Source: Hemiscyllium ocellatum (taxonomy: Eukaryota). From it: DNA of 64,000 nt. The position numbers and the translations under genes are program-made. The stretch lies in assembly GCF_020745735.1 (NCBI RefSeq), contig NC_083435.1, positions 37,907,090 to 37,971,089 of the forward strand, given 5' to 3'. Shown piece by piece: positions 37,601 to 50,554 of the stretch; the stretch's first letter is position 1; every line of letters begins with the position of its first letter. A model generated the notes under the pieces. It worked only from the letters and a program-made list of their open reading frames with translations, ran no database searches and was not told where the DNA came from.

Positions 37601-40600
37601 AGTGATCACACATTACCGGGAGAGAGGGGACAGTGACGGTCAGTGTCAGTGATCACACATTACCGGGAGAGAGGGGACAGTGACGATCAGTGTCAGTGAT
37701 CACACATTACCGGGAGTGACGGGACAGTGACGGTCAGTGTCAGTGGTCACACATTACCGGGAGAGAGGGGACAGTGAGGATCAGTGTCAGTGATCACATA
37801 TTACCGGGAGAGAGGGGACAGTGACGATCAGTGTCAGTGATCACACATTACCGGGAGAGAGGGGACAGTGACGATCAGTGTCAGTGATCACATATTACCG
37901 GCAGCGAGGGGTCAGTGACGATCAGTGTCAGTGATCCCACATTACCGGGAGAGAGGGGACAGTGACGATCAGTGTCAGTGATCACACATTACCGGGAGAG
38001 AGGGGACAGTGACGATCAGTGTCAGTGATCACACATTACCGGGAGGGGCGGGACAGTGACGGTCAGTGTCAGTGATCACACATTACCGGGAGAGAGGGGC
38101 CAGTGACGATCAGTGTCAGTGATCACACATTACCGGGAGTGACGGGACAGTGACGATCAGTGTCAGTGATCACACATTACCGGGAGAGACGGGACAGTGA
38201 CGATCAGTGTCAGTGATCATACATTACCGGGAGAGAGGGGTCAGTGAGGATCATTGTCAGTGATCACACATTACCGGGAGAGAGGGGACAGTGACGGTCA
38301 GTGTCAGTGATCACACATTACCGGGAGTGACGGGACAGTGACGATCAGTGTCAGTGATCGCACATTACCGGGAGAGACGGGACAGTGACGATCAGTGTCA
38401 GTGATCATACATTACCGGGAGAAAGGGGTCAGTGAGGATCATTGTCAGTGATCACACATTACCGGGAGAGACGGGACAGTGACGATCAGTGTCAGTGATC
38501 ACACATTACCGGGAGGGACGGGACAGTGACGATCAGTGTCAGTGATCGCACATTACCGGGAGAGAGGGGACAGTGACCGTCAGTGTCAGTGATCACACAT
38601 TACCGGGAGAGACGGGACAGTGACGGTCAGTGTCAGTGATCAGACATTACCGGGAGAGAGGGGACAGTGACGGTCAGTGTCAGTGATCACACATTACCGG
38701 GAGGGAGGGGACAGTGACGATCAGTGTCAGTGATCACACATTACCGGGAGAGAGGGGACAGTGACGGTCAGTGTCAGTGATCACACATTACCTGGAGGGA
38801 TGGGACAGTGAGGATCAGTGTCAGTGATCACACATTACCGGGATAGAGGGGACAGTGACGATCAGTGTCAGTGATCACACATTACCGGGAGAGAGGCGAC
38901 AGTGACGGTCAGTGTCAGTGATCACACATTACCGGGAGGGATGGGACAGTGAGGATCAGTGTCAGTGATCACACATTACCGGGATAGAGGGGACAGTGAC
39001 GATCAGTGTCAGTGATCACACATTACCGGGAGAGAGGGGACAGTGTCGATCAGTGTCAGTGATCACACATTATCAGGAGAGACGGGACAGTGAGGATCAG
39101 TGTCAGTGATCACACATGACCGTGAGAGAGGACAGTGACAGTCAGTGTCAGTGATCACACATTACCGGGAGAGAGGGGACAGTGACGATCAGTGTCAGTG
39201 ATCACACATTACCGGGAGAGACGGGACAGTGACGATCCGTGTCAGTGATCACACATTACCGGGAGAGAGGGGACAGTGACGATCAGTGTCAGTGATCACA
39301 CATTACCGGGAGAGAGGGGACAGTGACGGTCAGTGTCAGTGATCACACATTACCGGGAGAGAGGGGACAGTGACGTTCAGTGTCAGTGATCACACATTAC
39401 CGGGAGAGAGGGGACAGTGACGTTCAGTGTCAGTGATCACACATTACCGGGAGAGAGGGGACAGTGTCGATCAGTGTCAGTGATCACACATTATCAGGAG
39501 AGACGGGACAGTGAGGATCAGTGTCAGTGATCACACATTACCGGGAGAGAGGGGACAGTGACGGTCAGTGTCAGTGATCACACATTACCGGGAGAGAGGG
39601 GACAGTGACGATCAGTGTCAGTGATCACACATTACCGGGAGTGACGGGACAGTGACGGTCAGTGTCAGTGATCACACATTACCGGGAGAGAGGGGACAGT
39701 GACGATCAGTGTCAGTGATCACCCATTACCGGGAGAGAGGGGACAGTGACGGTCAGTGTCAGTCGTCACACATTACCGGGAGAGAGGGGACAGTGAGGAT
39801 CAGTGTCAGTGATCACACATTACCGGGAGAGACGGGACAGTGACGGTCAGTGTCAGTGATCACACATTACCGGGAGAGAGGGGACAGTGACGATCAGTGT
39901 CAGTGATCACACATTACCGGGAGTGACGGGACAGTGACGGTCAGTGTCAGTGATCAGACATTACCGGCAGCGAGGGGTCAGTGACGATCAGTGTCAGTGA
40001 TCACACATTACCGGGAGAGAGGGGACAGTGACGATCAGTGTCAGTGATCACACATTACCGGGAGAGACGGGACAGTGACGGTCAGTGTCAGTGATCACAC
40101 ATTACCGGGAGAGAGGGGACAGTGACGGTCAGTGTCAGTGATCACACATTACCGGGAGAGAGGGGACAGTGACGGTCAGTGTCAGTGATCACACATTACC
40201 GGGAGAGAGGGGACAGTGAGGATCAGTGTCAGTGATCACACATTACCGGGAGTGACGGGACAGTGACGGTCAGTGTCAGTGATCACACATTACCGGGAGT
40301 GACGGGACAGTGACGGTCAGTGTCAGTGATCACACATTACCGGGAGAGAGGGGACAGTGAGGATCAGTGTCAGTGATCACCCATTACCGGGAGAGAGGGG
40401 ACAGTGACGGTCAGTGTCGGTGATCACACATTACCGGGAGAGACGGGACAGTGACGATCAGTGTCAGTGATCATACATTACCGGGAGAGAGGGGTCAGTG
40501 AGGATCAGTGTCAGTGATCACACATTTCCGGGAGAGAGGGGTCAGTGACGGTCAGTGTCAGTGATCACGCATTTCCGGGAGAGAGGGGTCAGTGACGGTC

Positions 40601-43600
40601 AGTGTCAGTGATCACACATTACCGGGAGAGAGGGGACAGTGACGATCAGTGCCAGTGATCACACATTACCGGGAGAGACGGGACAGTGACGGTCAGGGTC
40701 AGTGATCACACATTACCGGGAGAGAGGGGACAGTGACGATCAGGGTCAGTGATCACACATTACCGGGAGAGAGGGGACAGTGACGATCAGGGTCAGTGAT
40801 CACACATTACAGGGAGAGACGGGACAGTGACAATCCGTGTCAGTGATCACACATTACCGGGAGAGAGGGGACAGTGACGATCAGTGTCAGTGATCACACA
40901 TTACCGGGAGAGAGGGGACAGTGACGATCAGTGTCAGTGATCACACATTACCGGGAGTGACGGGACAGTGACGGTCAGTGTCAGTGATCACACATTACCG
41001 GGAGAGAGGGGACAGTGACGATCAGTGTCAGTGATCACACATTACCGGGAGAGAGGGGACAGTGACGGTCAGTGTCAGTGATCACACATTACCGGGAGAG
41101 AGGGGACAGTGACGATCAGTGTCAGTGATCACACATTACCGGGAGAGAGGGGACAGTGACGATCAGTGTCAGTGATCACACATTACCGGGAGAGAGGGGA
41201 CAGTGACGGTCAGTGTCAGTGATCACACATTACCGGGAGAGAGGGGACAGTGACGATCAGTGTCAGTGATCACACATTACCGGGAGAGAGGGGACAGTGA
41301 CGATCAGTGTCAGTGATCACACATTACCGGGAGTGAGGGGACAGTGACGATCAGTGTCAGTGATCACACATTACCGGGAGAGAGGGGACAGTGACGGTCA
41401 GTGTCAGTGATCACACATTACCGGGAGTGAGGGGACAGTGACGATCAGTGTCAGTGATCACACATTACCGGGAGAGACGGGACAGTGACGGTCAGTGTCA
41501 GTGATCACACATTAACGGGAGAGACGGGACAGTGACGGTCAGTGTCAGTGATCACACATTACCGGGAGAGAGGGGACAGTGACGATCAGTGTCAGTGATC
41601 ACACATTACCGGGAGGGAGGGGACAGTGACAGTCAGTGTCAGTGATCATACATTACCGGGAGAGAGGGGACAGTGACGATCAGTGTCAGTGATCACACAT
41701 TACCGGGAGAGACGGGACAGTGACGGTCAGTGTCAGTGATCACATATTACCGGGAGAGAGGGGACAGTGACGATCAGTGTCAGTGATCACACATTACCGG
41801 GAGGGAGGGGACAGTGACGATCAGTGTCAGTGATCACACATTACCGGGAGAGAGGGGACAGTGACGATCAGTGTCAGTGATCACACATTATCAGGAGAGA
41901 GGGGACAGTGACGATCAGTGTCAGTGATCACACATTACCGGGAGAGACGGGACAGTGACGGTCAGTGTCAGTGATCAGACATTACCGGGAGAGAGGGGAC
42001 AGTGACGATCAGTGTCAGTGATCACACATTACCGGGAGAGAGGGGACAGTGACGGTCAGTGTCAGTGATCACACGTTACCGGGAGAGAGGGGACAGTGAC
42101 GGTCAGTGTCAGTGATCACACATTACCGGGAGAGACGGGACAGTGACGGTCAGTGTCAGTGATCACACATTACCGGGAGGGAGGGGACAGTGACGGTCAG
42201 TGTCAGTGATCACACATTACCGGGAGAGACGGGACAGTGACGATCAGTGTCAGTGATCACACATTACCGGGAGAGAGGGGACAGTGACGATCAGTGTCAG
42301 TGATCACACATTACCAGGAGTGACGGGACAGTGACGGTCAGTGTCAGTGATCACACATTACCGGGAGAGACGGGACAGTGACGATCCGTGTCGGTGATCA
42401 CACATTACCGGGAGAGATGGGACAGTGACGGTCAGTGTCAGTGATCACACATTACCGGGAGAGAGGGGACAGTGAGGATCAGTGTCAGTGATCACACATT
42501 ACCGGGAGAGACGGGACAGTGACGATCCGTGTCGGTGATCACACATTACCGGGAGAGAGGGGACAGTGACGGTCAGTGTCAGTGATCACACATTACCGGG
42601 AGAGAGGGGACAGTGACAGTCAGTGTCAGTGATCACACATTACCGGAAGGATGGGACAGTGAGGATCAGTGTCAGTGATCACACATTACCGGGAGAGAGG
42701 GGACAGTGACGGTCAGTGTCAGTGATCACACATTACCGGGAGAGAGGGGACAGTGACGATCAGTGTCAGTGATCACACATTACCGGGAGAGAGGGGACAG
42801 TGACGATCCGTGTCAGTGATCACACATTACCGGGATAGAGGGGACAGTGACGATCAGTGTCAGTGATCACACATTACCGGGAGAGAGGGGACAGTGACGA
42901 TCAGTGTCAGTGATCACACATTACCGGGAGAGAGGGGACAGTGACGAACAGGGTCAGTGATCACACATTACCGGGAGAGAGGGGACAGTGACGATCAGTG
43001 TCAGTGATCACACATTACCGGGAGAGATGGGACAGTGAGGATCAGTGTCAGTGATCACACATTACCGGGAGAGAGGGGTCAGTGACGATCAGTGTCAGTG
43101 ATCACACATTACCGGGATAGAGGGGACAGTGACGGTCAGTGTCAGTGATCACACATTACCGGGAGAGAGGGGACAGTGACGGTCAGTGTCAGTGATCACA
43201 CATTACCGGGAGAGAGGGGTCAGTGACGATCAGTGTCTGTGATAACACATTACCGGGAGAGATGGGACAGTGACGGTCAGTGTCAGTGATCAGACATTAC
43301 CGGCAGCGAGGGGACAGTGACGATCCGTGTCAGTGATCACACATTACCGGGAGAGAGGGGACAGTTACGATCAGTGTCAGTGATCACACATTACCGGGAG
43401 AGAGGGGACAGTGACGATCAGTGTCTGTGATCACACATTACCGCGAGAGAGGGGATAATGAGGATCAGTGTCAGTGAGCACACATTACCGGGAAAAACAG
43501 TACAGTGACGGTCAGTGTCAGTGATCACACATTACCGGGAGAGATGGGTCAGTGACGGTCAGTGTCAGTGATCACACATTACCGGGAGAGAGGGGTCAGT

Positions 43601-45023
43601 GACGATCAGTGTCAGTGATCACACATTACCGGGAGAGAGGGGTCAGTGACGATCAGTGTCAGTGATCACACATTACCGGGATAGAGGGGACAGTGACGGT
43701 CAGTGTCAGTGATCACACATTACCGGGAGTGACGGGACAGTGACGATCAGTGTCAGTGATCACACATTACCGGGAGAGAGGGGACAGTGACAGTCAGTGT
43801 CAGTGATCACACCTTACCGGGATAGAGGGGACAGTGACGGTCAGTGTCAGTGATCACACATTACCGGGATAGAGGGGACAGTGACGATCCGTGTCAGTGA
43901 TCACACATTACCGGGATAGAGGGCACAGTGACGATCAGTGTCAGTGATCACACATTACCGGGAGAGAGGGGACAGTGACGATCCGTGTCAGTGATCACAC
44001 ATTACCGGGAGAGAGGGGACAGTGACGATCAGTGTCAGTGATCACACATTACCGGGAGGGAGGGGACAGTGACGGTCAGTGTCAGTGATCACACATTACC
44101 GGGAGAGAGGGGACAGTGACGATCAGTGTCAGTGATCACACATTATCAGGAGAGACGGGACAGTGACGGTCAGTGTCAGTGATCACACATTACCGGGAGA
44201 GAGGGGACAGTGACGGTCAGTGTCAGTGATCACACATTACCGGGAGAGAGGGGACAGTGACGGTCAGTGTCAGTGATCACACATTACCGGGAGAGAGGGG
44301 ACAGTGACGATCAGTGTCAGTGATCACACATTACCGGGAGTGAGGGGACAGTGAGGATCAGTGTCAGTGATCACACATTACCGGGAGTGAGGGGACAGTG
44401 ACGATCAGTGTCAGTGATCACACATTACCGGGAGAGAGGGGACAGTGACGATCAGTGTCAGTGATCACACATTACCGGGAGAGAGGGGACAGTGACGATC
44501 AGTGTCAGTGATCACACATTACCGGGAGTGACGGGACAGTGACGATCAGTGTCAGTGATCACACATTACCGGGAGTGACGGGACAGTGACGATCAGTGTC
44601 AGTGATCACACATTACCGGGAGAGAGGGGACAGTGACGATCAGTGTCAGTGATCACACATTACCGGGAGAGAGGGGACAGTGACGATCCGTGTCAGTGAT
44701 CACACATTACCGGGAGAGAGGGGACAGTGAGGATCAGTGTCAGTGATCACACTTTACCGGGAGAGAGGACACAGTGACGATCAGTGTCAGTGATCACACT
44801 TTACCGGGAGAGAGGACACAGTGACGATCAGTGTCAGTGATCACACATTACCGGGAGAGAGGACACAGTGACGGTCAGTGTCAGTGATCACACATTACCG
44901 GGAGAGAGGGGACAGTGACGATCAGTGTCAGTGATCACACATTACCGGGAGAGAGGACACAGTGACGATCAGTGTCAGTGATCACACATTACCGGGAGAG
45001 AGGGGACAGTGACGCTCAGTGAT
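22658..45023 (+). repeat. Giant 47-bp minisatellite array, ~475 units, ~22.4 kb
   Basis: Consensus GATCACACATTACCGGGAGAGAGGGGACAGTGACG(A/G)TCAGTGTCAGT; period 47 (e.g. 23231 to 23278). Stops occur in all frames on both strands and the ORF track is empty here. Confidence 0.99.
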
Positions 45024-45459
45024 AGTCATTGCCTCGTGTTTGCACAGTGAGATTGTTACTTGGTCCCGTCACCGTGAGCCTGAATATTGGCCAGATTTTG
45101 TTTCATTTAAACATGGACTGCTTCTGTATGTGAGGAGTTGCCAATCCTGCTGAACATTGTGTAATCATCGGTGAACATCCCCACCCTGACCTTCTCATGA
45201 AGGGAATGTCCTTGATGAAGCAGCTGAGGATGGGTGGGCCTAGGACAGAGATGTCCTGGAGCTGAGATGTCTGCCCTGCAACAGCCATGACTATCTTCCT
45301 AAATTCCCTGTTTCACTCCAACCAGCAGTGGGTTTGCCCCTCATCCTCATTGATTCCTGTTTTACTGCGGCTCCTTGATGCCACATTTAGTCGGGTGATA
45401 AATACATCACCATTTCTTCACTGTCACTGGGTCACAATCCTGGAATACCCTCCCTTAGG

Positions 45460-45830
45460 GCATGGTGGATCAACCCACAGCAGTTCAAGATGGCACCTCA
45501 CCACCACCACCTCCTCAAGGGCAACGGGTGGTGCCTGGCACATTGTCTGTAAGTTATGGTTCTTTGGGCATGGTTATATCAGGCTGTTGCTTTGACTCGT
45601 CTGTGAGGCAACAGCTGAGTCAGTTGCTGAGCCAACTCAGAGTCAAGCACATTGCTGTGGGTCAGAGTTATATACAGACCAGAACAGGTAAGGATGGCAT
45701 TTTCCTTCCCCGAAGGACAACTAGTGAGCCACTCATTTTTTTGTCCCCCCCCCTCCAGTAATGATTAGATTCTCACGTTCAGATATTTCACCATCTGCTG
45801 TGGCAGGATTCAAAGCTGGGTCCTCAGAAC
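45460..45830 (-). mobile_element. Second SINE-like family copy, diverged
   Basis: Reverse-complement similarity to 11740-11975 (cagaccagaacaggtaaggatggcatttttccttccc). Confidence 0.55.
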
Positions 45831-46077
45831 ATTGGCTTCGTTTCTGGATTAATAGTTTAGCAACAATCCCTCTCGGCCATCACCTTCCCTGTATACCTCT
45901 GGTCTAAGCAGGAAGATTTACAGGTTGAACAGTGCACACTCTCACTCCAGTCTGGGGGAGCCATAATTCTAATGTAGCTCATCAGAATAGGAAGCGCTCT
46001 GCTATCTCCAAGCCATGGATTTGTTCTAAGTGATAGTCCCCAGAAATGATGGCCGGATCGAAGACTTTAAACTTGGT

Positions 46078-46239
46078 TTTTCAATGTATAATTTCAGTTG
46101 CATCACACTGTAAATTTTTGCTGTAAATTCTGTTAGGACTGAGCCCTCCACAATCACCTGATGAAGGAGCGTCGCTCCGAAAGCTAGTGCTTCCAATTAA
46201 ACCTGTTGGACTATAACCTGGTGTTGGGGGTGATTTGTA
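46078..46239 (+). mobile_element. Short Penelope-derived insert carrying a hammerhead (46155-46189, CUA triplet)
   Basis: CAC-CTGATGA-A-GGAGC(GTC)GCTCC-GAA-AGCT-A-GTG; flanked by actttaaacttggt at 46064-46077 and 46240-46253. Confidence 0.75.
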
Positions 46240-46447
46240 ACTTTAAACTTGGTGACTGTGTTGTGGGCTGTCCATTCTGGCAGGGAGTGTGATCTCTTGT
46301 GGACAGGATGAGTGTTGTGCATTGTGCAGTTGTTGCTTCTGTCTGAAGCAGTGCCTCCTCCCTCCCCCCCTGCCGCCTCACTGACACTGAGCTGAAGTCC
46401 TTTCGCTTTGTTGTTGTTGCTGTCTGCAGTCCCTGCGGCAGAGTCCC

Positions 46448-46803
46448 GGGGACTTTCCACAGCCTGGCCGTGAAGGAGGTTGCTGCATTGTGCAAGGGAG
46501 GGAGGGAGGGCTGGTGCTGGCTGCTTCTGGGAATCCCCCAGAGCCGGGGAACTGCTCCCTTCTCCAGTTCCTCAGGCAGCTTCCCCCACCCCCACAGTGG
46601 GCAGTTAGCTCAGTCATGAAAAACAACTCTGACCTCCTCTCCCAAAATCAGACCACGCTGCAGCGTCAGGGCAGACACCTCCTGTGTTCGCACTCAGTAG
46701 CTCCATGTTTGAATTACTGCCACTAGCTGTGCCTACTTTCTGCAGGGCAGAGCTAGAAACTAAACAACTGACGCCTTCCTCTGGGAATGTAGGGAATTAT
46801 CCC
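46448..46803 (+). promoter_or_regulatory. Cluster of NF-kB motifs in a GC-rich, apparently unique segment
   Basis: GGGGACTTTCC 46448-46458, GGGAATCCCC 46529-46538, and kB-like GGGAATTATCCC 46792-46803. Confidence 0.45.
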
Positions 46804-46984
46804 GCGGATTCTTCAGGAGGTGTCTGCAACCTTTCACACCATTACCTCAGGCTGGGAATCTGGGGCTGTACTTCCCTGGAGTTGCAGGATACTGAGGAAG
46901 GCTACCGTCATCCTTGCCTTTATTGGTCAGTGCATTGAGTGTAGGAGTCAGCGGGGTCATGCTGCGGCTGGACAGGACATTGAA

Positions 46985-47300
46985 TTAGAATCCCTACTGT
47001 GTGGGAACAGGCCCTTCGGCCCAACAAGTCCAGACCGACCCTCCGAAGAGCAATCCAACCAGACCCACTCCCTGACCCCCACCTTTACCCTGACTACTGC
47101 AGCTAACCCACACATATGTGCGCAATTCAGTATGGTCATTTCACCTAAGCTGCACATCTTTAGATTGTGGGAGGACCCCTGGGTCACTTGGAGGCACAGG
47201 GGAAATGTGCAAACTTCACACAGACAGTCATCCAAGGCTGGAATCGAACCCATGTCCCTGGTGCTGTGAGGCAGCAGTGCTAACCACTGAGCTGCTGTCC
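46985..47300 (-). mobile_element. tRNA-derived SINE (HE1/V-SINE-like)
   Basis: Reverse complement of the SINE consensus seen elsewhere in the window. Confidence 0.82.
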
Positions 47301-47309
47301 CATTGGTTA

Positions 47310-49005
47310 GCCCACTGTTGAAATACTGCATTCATTTCTGGTCTCCTATGGGGAGACCTTGCTGTACATCTTTTCTATGGAAAAGATGTTGTGAAACTTG
47401 AAAGAGTTCAGAAAAGATTTACAAGGATGTTGCCAGAAGATTTGAGCTATAGGGAGAGGCTGAACAGGCTGGGGCTGTTTTTCCTGGAGCATCGGAGGCT
47501 GAGGGATGACCGTATAGAAGTTTATAAAATCATGAGGGGCATGGATAGGGTAAATAGCCGAGGCATTTTTTTCCAGGAAGGGATTCCAAAACTAGATGGC
47601 ATGGTTTTAAGGTGAGAGGGGAAAGATATAAAAAGGACCCTCCCCAGGTTGGGAGAGCCCAGAACTAGAGGGCATAGGCTTAGGGTGAGAGGGGAAAGAT
47701 ATAAAAGGGGCCTAAGGGGCAACGTTTTCAGACAGAGGGTGGTACGTGTATGGAATGAGCTGCCAGAGGATGTGGTGGAGGCTGGTACAATTGCAACATT
47801 TAAAAGGCATCTGGATGGGTATATGAATAGGAAGGGTTTGGAGGGATATGGGCCAGGGGATGGCAGGGGGAACTAGATTGGGTTGGGTTATCCAGTTGGC
47901 CTGAAGGGCCTGTTTCCGTGCTGTACATCTCTGTGGAACTAACCATTTGGATATAGAAGATAGAAGACAGATGGCGGTGCTGGAGGGTTGCTTTTCAGAC
48001 TGGAGGCCTGTGACCACACAGATCAGTGCTGGGTCCACTGCTTTTCATCAGTTATAGAAATGATCTGGATGTGAACATAGGAGGTATAGGTAGTAAGTTT
48101 GCAGATTTCACCAAAATTTGAGGTATAGTGGACAGTGAAGAAGGTTACCTCATAGTAAAACGGGATCTTGATCAGATGGGCCAATGAGCCAAGGAATGGC
48201 AGATGGAGTTTAATTTAGATAAATGTGAGGTGCTGTATTTTGGAAAGGCACATCAGGGCAAGACTTATACACTTAATGGTAAGGTCCTGGGGAGTGTTGC
48301 TGAACAAAGAGACCTTGGAGTGCAGGTTCATAGCTCCTTGAAAGTGGAGTCACAGGTAGATAGGATAGTGAAGACGGAGTTTATTATGCTTTCCTTTATT
48401 GGTCAGAGCATTGAGTATAGACGTTAGGAGGTCATGTTGTGGCTGTGCAGGACATTGGTTAGGCCACTTCTGAAAATTGCGTGCAATTCTGGTCTCTCTC
48501 CTGTCGGAAGGATGTTGTAAAACTTGAAAGGGTTCAGAAAAGATTTACAAGGATGTTGCCAGGGTTGGAGGATTTGAACTACAGGGAGAGGCTGAACAGG
48601 CTGGGGCTGTTTTACCTGGAGCGCCAGATGCTGAGGGTTGACCTTATAGAGGTTTATAAAATCATGAGGGGCATGGATAGGATAAATAGACAAAGTCTTT
48701 TCCCTGGGGTGGGGGAGTCCAGAACTAGAGGGCATAGGTTTAGGGTGAGAGGGCATAGGTTTAGGGGCAACATTTTCACACAGAGGGTGGTACATGTATG
48801 GAATGAGCTGCCAGAAGATGTGGTGGAGGCTGGTACAATTGCAACATTTAAGAGGCATTTGGATGGGTATATGAATAGGAAGGGTTTGGAGGGATATGGG
48901 CCGGGCGCTGGCAGGTGGGACTAGATTGGGTTGGGATATCTGGTCAGCATGGACGAAATAGACCGAAGGGTTTGTTTCCATGCTGTACATCTCTGTGACT
49001 CGATG
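47310..49005 (+). mobile_element. Two tandem CR1-type LINE 3' fragments (~47310-47935 and ~47960-49005)
   Basis: ORFs 47391, 47649, 48203 and 48481 (MEFNLDKCEVLYFG; KLERVQKRFTRMLPG; LIEVYKIMRG; FKRHLD), with small internal duplications. Confidence 0.9.
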
Positions 49006-49499
49006 ACAGTTGACTCACTGGGATTGAGGGTCTGAGTCTTTCCCGCCTTAAAGTGTCCAAAGAATGCCATGTTTGTAGAGAACAATTATTTGTCACAAAT
49101 ATTTGTCATATTCTTCAATACCACAAAATCCATGCCCAGTGGATGTTAAGGAGGTAACAACAGCTTTACCACATCAGGAAAAACAAAGCACTGGCGGTAA
49201 ACTCATTGCAGTGGTCATCTCTGAAATACTCCACTTTTTGATGGTAGATATTTATAAAACTGATCGAAGATCAATGGGGCAACAGATTTAGATAACAAAG
49301 GATTCCGAGTAGGGGAGAATTTCTTATCGTTCAGGAGCATCAGTTTCTATGAAAACAGAGCTGTAAAGACATTTGTATCAGGCATTAACCCCCAAAGAAA
49401 CATTATTTCTGTATTAATTAGAATGTGAGTTATTTCATAATAACATAAACATTTTAAGATTTGACATCTTGAAAAGGAAACAATAAAGACAATGCACTT

Positions 49500-49645
49500 T
49501 CAGAACACTGTGAACAATTCTGGGTCGCCCTTCTATAAGAGGGATGTTATTACACATGGGAGGATGCAGGAAAGATGTACAAAGATGTTTCTGGGAATGG
49601 AGGGTTTGAGCTATAAAGAGAGGCTAAACAGGCTGGGGCTGAGAG
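49500..49645 (+). mobile_element. CR1-type LINE fragment
   Basis: RMQERCTKMFLGMEGLSYKERLNRLGL. Confidence 0.7.
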
Positions 49646-49657
49646 AAGGCCATTCCT

Positions 49658-50013
49658 GGCTGAGAGATCACCACACCGAGCTGAGAGATCACCACACCGG
49701 GCTGAGAGATCACCACACCGGGCTGAGAGATCACCACACCGGGCTGAGAGATCATCACACCAGGCTGGGAGATCACCACACCGGGCTGAGAGATCACCAC
49801 CCCGGGCTGATAGATCACCACACCGGGCTGAGAGATCACCACACCGGGCTGGGAGATCACCACACTGGGCTGAGAGATCACCACACCGGGCTGAGAGATC
49901 ACCACACCGGGCTGGGAGATCACCACCCCGGGCTGGGAGATCACCACACCGGGCTGAGAGATCACCACACCGGGCTGAGAGATCACCACACCGGGCTGAG
50001 AGATCACCATACC
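49658..50013 (+). repeat. 21-bp minisatellite, ~17 units
   Basis: Consensus GGGCTGAGAGATCACCACACC. Confidence 0.97.
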
Positions 50014-50034
50014 GGCGTTGCACACAGTGTGGTT

Positions 50035-50535
50035 TTCTCTACATCAGGGAGACTGGACGCCTTCTTGCTGATGGTTTCAGAGAACATCTCGGTCACACCC
50101 GCACCTACCAACCCCACCGCCTCGTGGTTGAACACTTCAACTCCCCCTCCCACTCTGTGAAGGACATGCAGGTCCTGGGTCGCCTCCACTGCCAAACCGC
50201 TACCACTGACACCTGGAGGGGGAATGCCTCGTATTCCGCCTTGGGACCTTGCAAAAACACAGGATAAATGTGGATTTTAACAGCTTGCTCATTTCCCCCC
50301 CACCCCTCCACATTATCCCAGTCCCAAGCCTCCAACTCAGCACCGCTCTCTGGACCTGTCCATCACTCCCCCCCTCTAACCTATCACCTTCTCCCTCACT
50401 TTTATCCACCTTCCCAGCTATCTCCCCCAACCCCACCCCCTCCCATTTATCTCTCAGCCCAGACCCACAAGCCTCATTCCTGATGAAGGGCTTATACCTA
50501 GAACGTCCATTCTCCTGCTCCTCGGATGCTGCCTG
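50035..50535 (+). mobile_element. Neptune-type Penelope 3' fragment with decayed hammerhead (~50476-50512)
   Basis: Paralogous to 1-700 and 53720-54400. Confidence 0.8.
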
Positions 50536-50554
50536 CCCAACATCACATTCTCCA

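Noticed and set aside
22658-45023. CRISPR-like or protein-coding reading of the array
   Set aside because: No unique spacers and no cas genes in a vertebrate context. 47 is not a multiple of 3 and stops hit every frame on both strands.
22658-45023. Resemblance of GGGACAGTGACGGTC to the B2M X1-X2 box
   Set aside because: X1-X2 spacing is off by a base and there are no S or Y partners; likely coincidence.
22658-45050. RAG recombination-signal-like heptamers (GACAGTG in each unit; CACAGTG in the last units and at 45043)
   Set aside because: Most lack the essential CAC, and there is no ACAAAAACC nonamer at 12- or 23-bp spacing.
49492-50160. 222-aa ORF with (LRDHHTG)n and antisense repeat ORFs
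   Set aside because: The open frames result from a stop-free 21-bp unit fused to CR1 and Penelope fragments; no splice or promoter support.
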